Assembly: GCA_964648865.1 (NCBI GenBank)
Contig: CAZYLV010000006.1
Span: 1 to 61,212 of the forward strand
DNA from: an uncultured Gammaproteobacteria bacterium
Lineage (GTDB): Bacteria; Patescibacteriota; Patescibacteriia; 2-12-FULL-57-11
Direction of reading: 5' to 3'
Length of the DNA stretch: 61,212 bases
Part shown: one piece after another, positions 28,556 to 37,695 of the stretch
Layout of the letters: each line of letters opens with the position of its first letter
How positions within the stretch are numbered: the stretch's first letter is position 1
The notes under the pieces: model-generated
The model's database searches: none
Told to the model about the DNA's origin: nothing
The model's input: only the letters and a program-made list of their open reading frames with translations
Made by a program: the position numbers and the translations under genes

Positions 28556-29616
28556 CCGAAGGTGAAGGCGAACACCTCGACGCCGGCATCGAGGAATTCG
28601 ATCTTGACGATGCCTTCTTCGTAGTCGGTCTGCGTGAGGAGCGTATAGAGATCCTTCTCCTGGACGACGTCTTCTGCGATCAATCTGCCGTCGTGGTACA
28701 CGCGCATCGGCACGGGTCCCGGTGCCCCCATGACGAGATGGACCTGCTTGGCGTTGAAGCGGAAGGTCAGCGTGGCTCCTGCCGACCCCGTGCGCGCGGA
28801 TTCTTCTCCGACCGTCCAGGTGCCGCCCAAGTAGGCACGGTTGAGCGCGGGCGTCATGCTCTCGAAGTAGATGCGCTCGCGGTCCGGGACGATGTCCGTG
28901 TTGCCGAAACGCGTGCCTCGGCCGTAGCCGAGATAGGTCTCAGGCGAGCCGATGCGTCCGAACTCCGGTCCCCCGGCCTCCTCGGTCATCGGCGCGGTGA
29001 CGGCCGCGCCGGCGGCGGCGAGCAGCTCCCGGATCTTTGCTTCGGTCTCCTCGTATCGCCCTTCGCCGAAGTGCGTGAAGACGAGTTTCCCATCGGCGTC
29101 GAAGAGGTATTTGGCCGGCCAGTAGCGGTTGCCGAAGGCGTTCCATGTGGCGTAGCCGTTGTCTTGGACCACGGGATAGCGGATGCCGTATTTCTCGAGC
29201 GCCCGCTCCACGTTGGCGCGGTCCTTCTCGAAGGCGAACTCGGGCGTATGCACGCCGAGGATGAGGAGCCCGTCGTCGGCGTACTTGTCGTGCCAGGCCG
29301 TGAGGTAGGGGAGGGTGCGGATGCAGTTGATGCAGGAGTACGTCCAGAAGTCGACGAGCACGATCTTGCCCCGGAGGTCCGCCGCCGTGAGCGCGCGGCC
29401 GCCCGGGGTGTTGAGCCAGGCAGCGATGCCGGCGATCTCCGGGATGGGGCTCCCCGCGGCGAGCGCCCCGCTGACCATGGCGCGGTCGCCGCGGCTGTCC
29501 GGCAGCGAGGAGAGCGGCGCGATGTCCGGAGCGCGCCGCTGCACCAGGAAGGCACCGAAAAACAGGATGGCGGCGGCGAGTGCGACTGCGGCGATGCGTT
29601 TGGCGCGCGTGGTCAT
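28552..29616 (-). CDS. Redoxin, DipZ C-terminal half (thioredoxin plus DipZ C domain)
   Basis: DFWTYSCINCIRTLP, GVHTPEF, NRYWPA and SPETYLGY motifs. Confidence 0.9.
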   Translation of the reverse strand: MTTRAKRIAAVALAAAILFFGAFLVQRRAPDIAPLSSLPDSRGDRAMVSGALAAGSPIPEIAGIAAWLNTPGGRALTAADLRGKIVLVDFWTYSCINCIRTLPYLTAWHDKYADDGLLILGVHTPEFAFEKDRANVERALEKYGIRYPVVQDNGYATWNAFGNRYWPAKYLFDADGKLVFTHFGEGRYEETEAKIRELLAAAGAAVTAPMTEEAGGPEFGRIGSPETYLGYGRGTRFGNTDIVPDRERIYFESMTPALNRAYLGGTWTVGEESARTGSAGATLTFRFNAKQVHLVMGAPGPVPMRVYHDGRLIAEDVVQEKDLYTLLTQTDYEEGIVKIEFLDAGVEVFAFTFG

Positions 29617-30326
29617 AGGCCGAGCACGGTGGAGGGCGCGGGGAGGTACTGGAGCAGCCATGTGGTCACGTCACGGTCGAATCCGGTGGCGATGGCCAGG
29701 GCGGTGAGCAGCACCAGGACGCCGAGCATGCGGTTGACGAGGTGCGACTTGGCTCCCATCGCCCGCAGCCGCGCCAGCACCGACTGCCCGCCGTAGGCGA
29801 TGCCGAGCATGGGGATGCCTGCACCGAGCGCATAAGCGCCGAACAGCGCGCCGGTGAGGATGGGGTCCTTGGTCTGAACGGCCAGCGTGATGATGGTCCC
29901 GAGGATCGGGCCGGCACACGGCGTCCAGACCAGCCCGAGCGATGCGCCGATGAGGAGCGCCTGGAGCGTCTCGCCTCGCCCCTTGCCGAGCGCCGAGACG
30001 GATGCGCCGGCGCGCTGGAAGAGGGCGGCTACGCGCGCCGTGAGCAGTTGGTAGGGCCTCTCAAAGATGAGCGCCAGCCCGAACAGCCCGAGGATCACCA
30101 CGGCCACCATCCGCAGGGCGTCATTGGTGATGCCGAGGAACGATCCCGCCGTGGCGAAGAACGCCCCGAACAGCGAGAAGGAGGCGATGAAACCGAGGAC
30201 GATGAAGAGCGGCCGGGTGCGCGATGCCGTCCCGCTCGTGCCGAAGAGGATCGGCAGCACCGGGAGGATGCAGGGCGCGATGATGGTCAGGAACCCCGCG
30301 GCGATGGCCAGGAAGAACAGCGCCAT
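29613..30326 (-). CDS. ccdA: Cytochrome c biogenesis CcdA/DsbD-type membrane protein
   Basis: PCILPVLP and WTPCAGPILG motifs. Confidence 0.9.
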   Translation of the reverse strand: MALFFLAIAAGFLTIIAPCILPVLPILFGTSGTASRTRPLFIVLGFIASFSLFGAFFATAGSFLGITNDALRMVAVVILGLFGLALIFERPYQLLTARVAALFQRAGASVSALGKGRGETLQALLIGASLGLVWTPCAGPILGTIITLAVQTKDPILTGALFGAYALGAGIPMLGIAYGGQSVLARLRAMGAKSHLVNRMLGVLVLLTALAIATGFDRDVTTWLLQYLPAPSTVLGL

Positions 30327-30327
30327 A

Positions 30328-30831
30328 TCAGCGGGCGCCCGCGGCCTTCCGCAAGGCCGCCAGGAAGGTGGCCTCGTCCACCGGTCCGGTGAAGCGCGTG
30401 GACTCCGCGCCGTCCGTGCCCAGCATCACCGTGGTGTGCTGGTAGGGGATCAGGAACTGCCGCTTGAGGTCGTCCTGAACGTCGAAGTCCACCCGGAATC
30501 CGGCGATGGGCAGGCCCGAGCCCTCGATGCGCGCCTTGATGAGCGGTTCGTCGGCGCGGCAGATGGGGCACCACGAGGCCCAGAAGTAGAGGACGATCGG
30601 CCGCTTCTCGGCGAGCGCCTTTTGGTATTCTCCCGTGGTATAGGAGATGTAGAACGGCGCCGGGGCTTGCGCGGCCTCTTGCGGCTCAGGCGTTTCCGTC
30701 GCATCGCCGTCCTGCCCCATCATGGCCTCGTCCGTGGCGGGTGCCGGCGGCTCCGTAGGCAGCGTCGGGGTCGTGGGAGCGCAACCTGCGCCGATGAGCA
30801 ATGCCGCCAGGGCAAGTGGGAGAAACCGCAT
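30328..30831 (-). CDS. Thioredoxin-family lipoprotein
   Basis: LLIGAGC lipobox and FWASWCPIC. Confidence 0.85.
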   Translation of the reverse strand: MRFLPLALAALLIGAGCAPTTPTLPTEPPAPATDEAMMGQDGDATETPEPQEAAQAPAPFYISYTTGEYQKALAEKRPIVLYFWASWCPICRADEPLIKARIEGSGLPIAGFRVDFDVQDDLKRQFLIPYQHTTVMLGTDGAESTRFTGPVDEATFLAALRKAAGAR

Positions 30832-30916
30832 AGGCTGGGGATGAATGGTCGAGCTACTACAGAGTGTAGCACAAGAGCGACGACAGACGTACCGACCTGC
30901 GCTATCATGGCCGGGT

Positions 30917-31525
30917 ATGCGCTCCACCTATCACCACCTCGCGCAGGCGCGCGTCGCCCTCCTGACGCTGACCGACGCGCCGCACGCCGCGCTCTGCCGG
31001 AGCCACGCCACGGCGCTCGACGAGCTGCGCGCCGCCTCCCAGGAGACGGAAAAGCTGGCCCGCGTGCATCCCGCCACCGTGACCAAGGAAGCGGCCGTCG
31101 GCGGCTTTTCGGCGCTCTCCTTGCTCGCGGTCCTGGTCTTCGGTCGGAGCTTCTCCCAGGCCTACCTCGAGATGCGTCGGCAGCTCGGTGCCATCGAGAT
31201 TCCCTTCATCGACATCGGCAGCCAGATCGAGCGTCTCCTGCCGGCACCGCAGGTCCTCGAGCAGGCCTCGCGGCTGCCGGAGATCACCTGGGAACAGGCC
31301 GTCTACGGCGCCATCGCCGTGGCCGTCGCGATCCTCCTGTTCCACGCCGCCAAAGCGCTCATCCTCCTGCGCAGGGAGCGGCTCCTGTCCCACGCCGCGC
31401 GCGAGCTCGCCGAGGCCTCGCACGTGCTGCGCGCGGCGGCCGATGCCGCCAGCCGCGAGCAGGCCCTGCTGCTCCTCGCTCAGGGCATGGACACGAGCGA
31501 CGACCGAAAACCGCCCCGTCACTGA
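30917..31525 (+). CDS. Hypothetical membrane protein
   Basis: Two hydrophobic helices; TATCAT upstream and a terminator at the stop. Confidence 0.6.
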   Translation: MRSTYHHLAQARVALLTLTDAPHAALCRSHATALDELRAASQETEKLARVHPATVTKEAAVGGFSALSLLAVLVFGRSFSQAYLEMRRQLGAIEIPFIDIGSQIERLLPAPQVLEQASRLPEITWEQAVYGAIAVAVAILLFHAAKALILLRRERLLSHAARELAEASHVLRAAADAASREQALLLLAQGMDTSDDRKPPRH

Positions 31526-31545
31526 CGGGGCGGCGTCGTGTCCGC

Positions 31546-32202
31546 TCAGCGGCTGGCCGTGAACAGGACGTGCACGTAGACCGTGCCGTCGTCGACCTGG
31601 ATGGTCATCTGGCCGCCCTCCTCGTCGTCCCCATCGCCGCGGGTGAACGACATGATGCTGCCCTCGGCGGACGTCCCGCCGAACGCCTGGCCGATGGTCC
31701 AGCCTTTGGCAGGGAGCTCGCGACGGTACCAGGCGTCGAGTTCGGCGACCGTGGCCGTGCTCTTCCAGGTCGCGGTGTTGAGGTCGCCCTTGGGGGTGCG
31801 CGTGACCGCGCCGCCGACCGCGCTGAGGCTCCCGTGGACGGGGAAGGCCGTGGAGAAGTCGGCGGGGAGCTTGCCCTCCTCGGTGCGCACCGTCGCGGTG
31901 TTGCCCCGGTTGTCCGTGAAGGTCAGCGTCCCGTCGTCGGAGATCCGCATCGAGGTGCCGTCCTTGCCGCCCAGGGTGACGGCGCCGCCGCGCTCGTCGA
32001 TCTGCACGCCTCCCGCCTCCAAGGCCTTCTTGAGGCCGAAGCCCACGGCCTTGGCGGCGATCCATCCGCCGATGACGCTGAGGAGCGCCAGCCCGGCCAG
32101 CACCGCGAGCAGGATCAGGAGCAGCTTCTTTCCGGAGCCGCCGCTCGGCGGCGTCGGAGACGGGGCGCTGGTGGGCGTGGGGGTGGCGGAGGGAGTGTCC
32201 AT
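31546..32202 (-). CDS. Hypothetical membrane-anchored protein
   Basis: Pro-rich N-terminus, one TM and a beta-rich extracellular domain. Start set at ATG 32202. Confidence 0.7.
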   Translation of the reverse strand: MDTPSATPTPTSAPSPTPPSGGSGKKLLLILLAVLAGLALLSVIGGWIAAKAVGFGLKKALEAGGVQIDERGGAVTLGGKDGTSMRISDDGTLTFTDNRGNTATVRTEEGKLPADFSTAFPVHGSLSAVGGAVTRTPKGDLNTATWKSTATVAELDAWYRRELPAKGWTIGQAFGGTSAEGSIMSFTRGDGDDEEGGQMTIQVDDGTVYVHVLFTASR

Positions 32203-32251
32203 AAGGCGGGTGAAGGGTATCTCGGCCAGTGTAGCGGGCCCGGGACGGCCG

Positions 32252-33241
32252 TCAAACCCGGGCGATGGCCCGGCGGATCTCCGTCGCCGGGTCGGCGTCG
32301 CGGAAGAGCACGCGGTCCACGAGGAAGAGCACCGGCGCATCGATCTTCTTGCGTCGGGCGAACGGAGCGATGGCCCGCGTGGCGCGGACCCCCTCGATGG
32401 TCTGGCTGGGATCGCGCATCTTGATGCGGCACGCCGGATCGAGGCAGATCTCCTCGCCGAAGCTGCGGTTGCGGCTGTGCGCCGACGTGCCGGTGACGAA
32501 GAGGTCGCCGAGCCCCGCGAAGCCGTGGACGGCGTCGGTCGAGCGGGCGCCCATGGCGCGCATGATGCGGTTCATCTCCTCCACGGCCAGGGTCAGGAGC
32601 GCGGCCTTGGTGTTGGCGCCGAGTTTGGCGCCGTCGCACATGCCGAGCGCCAGCGCGTAGACGTTCTTGAGCGTCCCCCCGAGCGCCGTGCCGACGACGT
32701 CGGTGGTCGGCCGCAGGCGGAAAGTCGGCGTCTCCAAAAGCCGGGCCACGCGCGTGGCGACGGTGAGCGTGCGGCTGGCGACGTTGACCACGGTCGGCTG
32801 CCCGGCGGCGAACTCCGTGGCGATGGACGGACCGGAGAGCGTCGCCAGGAGCCGTCGATGCGTCGGGCGCAGCTCGTCCTCGATGACGTCGACCATGGGC
32901 GCGAGCGAGGCCTCATCCACGCCCTTTGCGACGTTCAGCACGAGCGCGCCGGCGCCGAGCAGCGGCGCCATCTCCCGCGCGACGCCCTCGACCACATGGG
33001 AGGGCACGGCCACGACCACGAGCCGCGCGCCGCGCACGGCCTCCGCGAGACTGCCGGTGGCGCCGACGTTCCGCGCCAGCCGCACGCCGGCCAGGTACTT
33101 GGTGTTCTCGCGCTTCTTGGCGATGGCGGCGACGACGTCCGGCTCGATCGACCAGAGGATCACCGGTGCGTGGCGCGCGGCACCCACCGCGAGCGCCGTG
33201 CCCATGTTGCCGGCCCCGAGGATGGCGATGTGCTTGGGCAT
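32252..33241 (-). CDS. gpsA: NAD(P)H-dependent glycerol-3-phosphate dehydrogenase
   Basis: GAGNMGTALA, NVAKG, LSGPS.A.E, LKNVYAL, GLGDL..T..S.HSRN and EG motifs. Confidence 0.95.
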   Translation of the reverse strand: MPKHIAILGAGNMGTALAVGAARHAPVILWSIEPDVVAAIAKKRENTKYLAGVRLARNVGATGSLAEAVRGARLVVVAVPSHVVEGVAREMAPLLGAGALVLNVAKGVDEASLAPMVDVIEDELRPTHRRLLATLSGPSIATEFAAGQPTVVNVASRTLTVATRVARLLETPTFRLRPTTDVVGTALGGTLKNVYALALGMCDGAKLGANTKAALLTLAVEEMNRIMRAMGARSTDAVHGFAGLGDLFVTGTSAHSRNRSFGEEICLDPACRIKMRDPSQTIEGVRATRAIAPFARRKKIDAPVLFLVDRVLFRDADPATEIRRAIARV

Positions 33242-33289
33242 ATGCGCGGATTGTAGCAAGAAAAAAGGCCGCCCGGTCAGTGCGGACGG

Positions 33290-33832
33290 CTACGGATAGG
33301 TCAACTCCCGGAAGTCGCCGCGTTCGCGCAACGTCGGCTCGTCGAGGTGGGCCAGCAGGGTGTTGAAGCCGCGGCCATGCCCGACGAGAAGGATGCGCGC
33401 GCCGCTCCCGGCGTGGTCGCCGAGCGCCGCCACGTGCCGCGCGATGACGGTCTCGCGGTCCTCGCCGCCGAAAGGACGGAAGTCGTATGGCTCGTCGTGG
33501 TCCGGCATCGGGCCGCCGAGGCGTTCCTCGATCTCGGCTTGCGTCAGGCCCTCGAGGGAGCCGAAGCCGCACTCGGCCAGACGCCCGTCGACGATCGGGA
33601 CGATGCCGAAGAACGCGGCGATGATCGCGGCGGTCTCCCGGGCCCGCGCCAGCGGCGAGCTGACGATGCCGCCGAGCCGCAGCGGCGGGGCCAAGAGCGT
33701 CGTCAAGGTCTCCGCCAGGACCCGCGCCTGCGCGCGGCCTTCGGCGTTGAGCGGGATGTCCGTACGTCCCTGGGTCCGACCGGCGACGTTCCAGTCGGTC
33801 AGGCAGTGGCGGACAAGCAGGAATTCGGCCAT
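33290..33832 (-). CDS. Histidine phosphatase family protein
   Basis: LVRHCLTDWN...QGRTDIPLN, SSPLARARETA, L.E..FG..EG and VGHG motifs. Confidence 0.88.
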   Translation of the reverse strand: MAEFLLVRHCLTDWNVAGRTQGRTDIPLNAEGRAQARVLAETLTTLLAPPLRLGGIVSSPLARARETAAIIAAFFGIVPIVDGRLAECGFGSLEGLTQAEIEERLGGPMPDHDEPYDFRPFGGEDRETVIARHVAALGDHAGSGARILLVGHGRGFNTLLAHLDEPTLRERGDFRELTYP

Positions 33833-33873
33833 TCGTCCCTCCGACCGCATCTTCCGCGGCCCGGCGTCGGCTG

Positions 33874-35370
33874 TCAACGGGCCGGGGCGGGCGCCGCTTC
33901 CGTCGCCGACGGCAGGAGGATGTCCGGCACCGGTTTGCCGAGGGGAATCGGCTGCGGTTCCTCGACGGCGAAGGCCTCGGGGTCGAGCGCCGGGACGATG
34001 ACGGCGTGCGGATAGCTGTTGCCGGACTGGTCGGTGACGGTGCCGCGGAAGGACACGACCGGGATGAAGTAGGAGGCCGGCGTGCCGTCGATGTCTGCGT
34101 ATTTCTGCAGATAGCCGAGCCGCGCCTCCGTCAGCCGGATGCGCACCACCGGGCGCTTCGCTTCCTCCTCGGGCGTGAAGATGCCGCCGTCCCAGCCCCA
34201 GGGGTTGATGCCGCCGCGCAGCGCGCCGTCGCGGATGGCGTCGGCGGACTGCGTGGGGTAGAGCGAGCGCTCCAGGTCGTCGACGAGCAGGACCGAGCCG
34301 CTCTCGGCGCGACGGTCGCGCGCGGAGACCTGCACGGTGACGGCGCCGCCGTCCGTGCCGTCCCACTCGAGCGTCGGACGGCCGTCGAGGAGTACCGGGT
34401 AGCGGACCGTGACCGAGGGCCAGTACCCGGGGCCTGGCCAGATGGCGGGGGCGACGTCCGCGGCCGGCGTACCCACCGACGATACGGGCGCATCCATGGC
34501 GGGCGCAGGCGCGGAGGATGCGGTTCCGCCCGCGTCGCGGCCTTCGAGGATGCAGGGCATGCCGCGGCCGCACGGGTCGTCGTAGCGCAGGACGCTCGGC
34601 GTGCCGTAGCGGGAAAGGTCGATGCCCAGCTCACGGAGGTATGCATTGGCGATGCGGATGCCGCCGGCGTCGTCGATCTCGGCCGGGGCTTCGTCGGTCG
34701 GCTGGTCGGTCCAGGCACGCTCGGTGTACCACGAGAAGACGCCGCCCGTGCCGTCGAAGCTGAAGACGGACTTGCCGTCGCCGCCGCCGCGCACCGCAAC
34801 GTTCATGAGCGTGAGGTCGCCGGGCAGGCGCAGCCCCAGCCCGCCGGCGATGGCGCGCGCCGCATCGCCGAAGCTGCGGCGGGCCGCCCGGAAGACCGGG
34901 AGCTCGCCCGGGATCTCCGGCAAGGTCGCGCCCTCCCAGGTGGAGACGACGCGCGGCGGCAGGTATTCCTCCGGCGGCACCGGGCGGATCAGCCCGGCGT
35001 CCGGAGCGACCGTGTCGGGCGTCGCCACGGCGATGCCCGCGGAGCCAGGCGCGCCGCCGCCGATCGTGGGCTCTCCGACCATCATCGCGTCGGTCGGAGG
35101 GGCCGTCGGGGCGGGCGCCGGCACACCGACCGTCGGAGCGGCGCTCTCGGCGGCGCGGCTGCCGAGAGCCAGCGTCGATACGGCGTCGCCGGAGGGTTCC
35201 CCGCCGGTGAAGGCCGGGATCCTGCCGAAGCCCATGCGCGTCGCCACCTGCGCGCCGTCGGGCGGCTGGGCCGTGCGGGGCGCGAGTTGGGTCAGGCCGA
35301 CGATGACGGTCACGCCGACGATGGCCAGCGCGAGAGGGACGAGGATGCGGGGCATAGGCGGAAGGTTCAT
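33874..35370 (-). CDS. Hypothetical membrane-anchored extracellular protein
   Basis: N-terminal TM, Pro/Ala linkers and host-like codon usage. Confidence 0.7.
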   Translation of the reverse strand: MNLPPMPRILVPLALAIVGVTVIVGLTQLAPRTAQPPDGAQVATRMGFGRIPAFTGGEPSGDAVSTLALGSRAAESAAPTVGVPAPAPTAPPTDAMMVGEPTIGGGAPGSAGIAVATPDTVAPDAGLIRPVPPEEYLPPRVVSTWEGATLPEIPGELPVFRAARRSFGDAARAIAGGLGLRLPGDLTLMNVAVRGGGDGKSVFSFDGTGGVFSWYTERAWTDQPTDEAPAEIDDAGGIRIANAYLRELGIDLSRYGTPSVLRYDDPCGRGMPCILEGRDAGGTASSAPAPAMDAPVSSVGTPAADVAPAIWPGPGYWPSVTVRYPVLLDGRPTLEWDGTDGGAVTVQVSARDRRAESGSVLLVDDLERSLYPTQSADAIRDGALRGGINPWGWDGGIFTPEEEAKRPVVRIRLTEARLGYLQKYADIDGTPASYFIPVVSFRGTVTDQSGNSYPHAVIVPALDPEAFAVEEPQPIPLGKPVPDILLPSATEAAPAPAR

Positions 35371-35437
35371 CCCTACTGTACGCCACGGAGGGGGTCGACT
35401 TACAGGGAGCGGTTGCGCCTGTTAGGATAGTGGCGCT

Positions 35438-36151
35438 ATGGCGAAGCACTCCAAGTGGGCCAAAGTGAAGAACTACAAGGGCGCAGCCGACGCCAAGCGC
35501 GCCTCGGTCTTCACCAAGCACGCCCGCGCCATCGCCGTGGCGGCGCGTCGCGGCGCCGACCCGGCCACGAATTTCCAGCTGCGGATGGCCGTGGACGCGG
35601 CCCGCGCCGCCAACGTCCCCAACGACAACATCGAGCGGGCCATCGCCCGCGGCAGCGGCGCGGACGCCGCCGAGCAGATGAAGGAGGCCACGTATGAAGG
35701 GTTCGGACCGGGCGGCGCGGCGGTCATCGTCGAGGCGCTCACCGACAACCCGAACCGCACGGTGGCCAACGTCCGCCACATCTTCTCCAAGCACGGCGGC
35801 ACCCTGGCCGGCAGCGTGGCTTGGCGGTTCGAACGGCGCGGCGTGCTGCGGTTGCCTGCCGCATCCGGCAGCGGCGACGATTTCCAGCTCGCGCTCATCG
35901 ACTTGGGCGCCACGGACGTCGAGGCCGACGACGAGGGGACGACGGTCTTCACCGCGCCGGAAGGCCTGGAGCGTGTCCGTGCGGCCGTGGTGGCCAACGG
36001 GTGGGTGCCGGAGGCGGCGGAGGTCGCGTGGATCCCCAAGGAACAGGCGGCGCTCGCGGGAGAGGCAGCCGCGCAGTTCTCCGCCCTCGTCGAGGCGCTG
36101 GACGACGATGACGACGTGCAGCGCGTGGCGACCAACGCGACCTGGGACTGA
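35438..36151 (+). CDS. yebC: YebC/PmpR family protein
   Basis: HSKWAKVK, YEGFGPGG, LTDNPNRT and DDDDVQ motifs; upstream of ruvC. Confidence 0.96.
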   Translation: MAKHSKWAKVKNYKGAADAKRASVFTKHARAIAVAARRGADPATNFQLRMAVDAARAANVPNDNIERAIARGSGADAAEQMKEATYEGFGPGGAAVIVEALTDNPNRTVANVRHIFSKHGGTLAGSVAWRFERRGVLRLPAASGSGDDFQLALIDLGATDVEADDEGTTVFTAPEGLERVRAAVVANGWVPEAAEVAWIPKEQAALAGEAAAQFSALVEALDDDDDVQRVATNATWD

Positions 36152-36153
36152 GT

Positions 36154-36657
36154 ATGGTCGTGCTCGGCATCGATCCCGGACTCGAGCGGCTCGGCTGGGC
36201 CGTGACCACCGAGGAGCGCGGCACGCCGCGGGCCATCGGCTACGGCTGCTTCACCACGGCGCGCGGCGGCGCGGTCGAGGAACGGCTGCGCCTCATCCAC
36301 GCCGAGGTCCGTCGGCTGACCGCGCTCCACGCGCCGACGGTGCTCTCCATCGAGAAGCTGCTCTTCCAGAAGAACGTCAAGACGGCCATCGTCGTGGCCC
36401 AGGCCCGCGGCGTGGCGCTCGCGGCGGCCGCCGAGGCAGGCCTCATGGTGGTCGAGCATACGCCCAACGCGGTCAAGCTCGCGGTCACCGGCTACGGCGC
36501 GGCCGACAAGCGCCAGGTGCAGCAGATGGTCAAGACGCTCTTCGGCCTGACCGAGATCCCCCGGCCGGACGACGCCGCCGACGCGTTGGCCATCGCCTAC
36601 GCCGGGTACGCCACGGCCGCGCTCGCCCGCCGCGCAGGGGGTAACCCCGTCGGTTGA
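36154..36657 (+). CDS. ruvC: Holliday junction resolvase RuvC
   Basis: LGIDPG, IEKLLFQKN, GYGAADK.QV and DDAADALA motifs. Confidence 0.96.
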   Translation: MVVLGIDPGLERLGWAVTTEERGTPRAIGYGCFTTARGGAVEERLRLIHAEVRRLTALHAPTVLSIEKLLFQKNVKTAIVVAQARGVALAAAAEAGLMVVEHTPNAVKLAVTGYGAADKRQVQQMVKTLFGLTEIPRPDDAADALAIAYAGYATAALARRAGGNPVG

Positions 36658-36676
36658 CGGGTGGTACACTGGGAGC

Positions 36677-37585
36677 ATGAAGGGACGGGACGCCGTACGC
36701 ATCGTCGTCGATCCGCTGTCCGGCCGGACGGCGATCTTCTCGCCGCGCCGCGGCAAGCGGCCCATGGGCCACAGCGCCGCCGGCAAGCGCGATTTCCTGC
36801 GTTCGGTCGAAGGGCGCGAGACGGTCTTCGCGCAGCGTGGCACGGATCCCGATTGGCGGTTCCGGGTGGTCGCCAACCGCTATCCGTCCTTCACGCCGGA
36901 CGCGGGACAGGCCTACGGCCATCAGGACCTGATCGTCGAAGGCCGCGACCCGGACATGACGCTCGGGCGCATGGCGCCGGCCCGCGTCCGCGAGCTCATC
37001 GACCTGTGGGCCGAGCGGACCGCCCACCACATGCAGGATGCGCGGATCGGCTACATCGTCGCCTTCCGCAGCCATGGCCAGGCATCCGGGGCGTCCATCG
37101 GCCATCCGCACAGCCAGCTCTACGCCACGGCCTTCGTCCCGCCGTGGCTGACGGCCGAGGCGCGGCGCGCGGCGCGCCATCGTGTCCACCCCACGCTCGC
37201 CCTGGCACGGCGCCTGCGCCGCTCCGCGTCGGCGGTCGCCGCACGCGGCGGGGTGCTCGCCTTCTGCCCGCCGGTCAGCCGCTTCCTCTACGAGACCTGG
37301 ATCGTGCCGCTGCGCGCCGTCGACAACCTGACCGAGCTGCGCCCGGCGGAGAGCGCCGCCATGGGTGACCTGCTGCGGTCCGTGGCGCGGACCCTCGAAC
37401 GGCACGACAAGGCCTTCAACGTCAGCTGCCACCAGCTGGTCGGGACCCGTCGCGAACAGTTGGCGCTGCGCATCACGCCTCGGTTGACCGTCCCGGCGGG
37501 GCTTGAACTCGACGCCGAGATGTACTTGAATCCGGTCTTCCCCGAGCAGGCGGCCAAAGCGCTGCGGCAGGGGAAGATACGGTAG
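36677..37585 (+). CDS. galT: Galactose-1-phosphate uridylyltransferase-like HIT protein
   Basis: RVVANRYP, G.QDLIVE and GASIGHPHSQ motifs. Confidence 0.8.
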   Translation: MKGRDAVRIVVDPLSGRTAIFSPRRGKRPMGHSAAGKRDFLRSVEGRETVFAQRGTDPDWRFRVVANRYPSFTPDAGQAYGHQDLIVEGRDPDMTLGRMAPARVRELIDLWAERTAHHMQDARIGYIVAFRSHGQASGASIGHPHSQLYATAFVPPWLTAEARRAARHRVHPTLALARRLRRSASAVAARGGVLAFCPPVSRFLYETWIVPLRAVDNLTELRPAESAAMGDLLRSVARTLERHDKAFNVSCHQLVGTRREQLALRITPRLTVPAGLELDAEMYLNPVFPEQAAKALRQGKIR

Positions 37586-37604
37586 GCCGGTTCGCGGACT
37601 CGGT

Positions 37605-37676
37605 CGGCCTGTAGCTCAACGGCAGAGCGGTCGTCTTATACACGACTGGTTGGTGGTTCGAATCCACCCAGGCCGA
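37605..37676 (+). tRNA. tRNA-Ile (TAT anticodon)
   Basis: Acceptor CGGCCTG/CAGGCCG, anticodon arm GTCGT-ctTATac-ACGAC, T-arm GGTGG-TTCGAAT-CCACC and discriminator A. The 3' end is followed by CCG, so CCA is not encoded. Confidence 0.88.
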
Positions 37677-37695
37677 CCGATGTCGGGAACCTCCT

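Noticed and set aside
23479-30831. MsrA/MsrB plus CcdA/thioredoxin as an extracytoplasmic methionine-repair system
   Set aside because: MsrA and MsrB lack signal peptides and lie 4 kb away on the other strand; there is no evidence of coupling.
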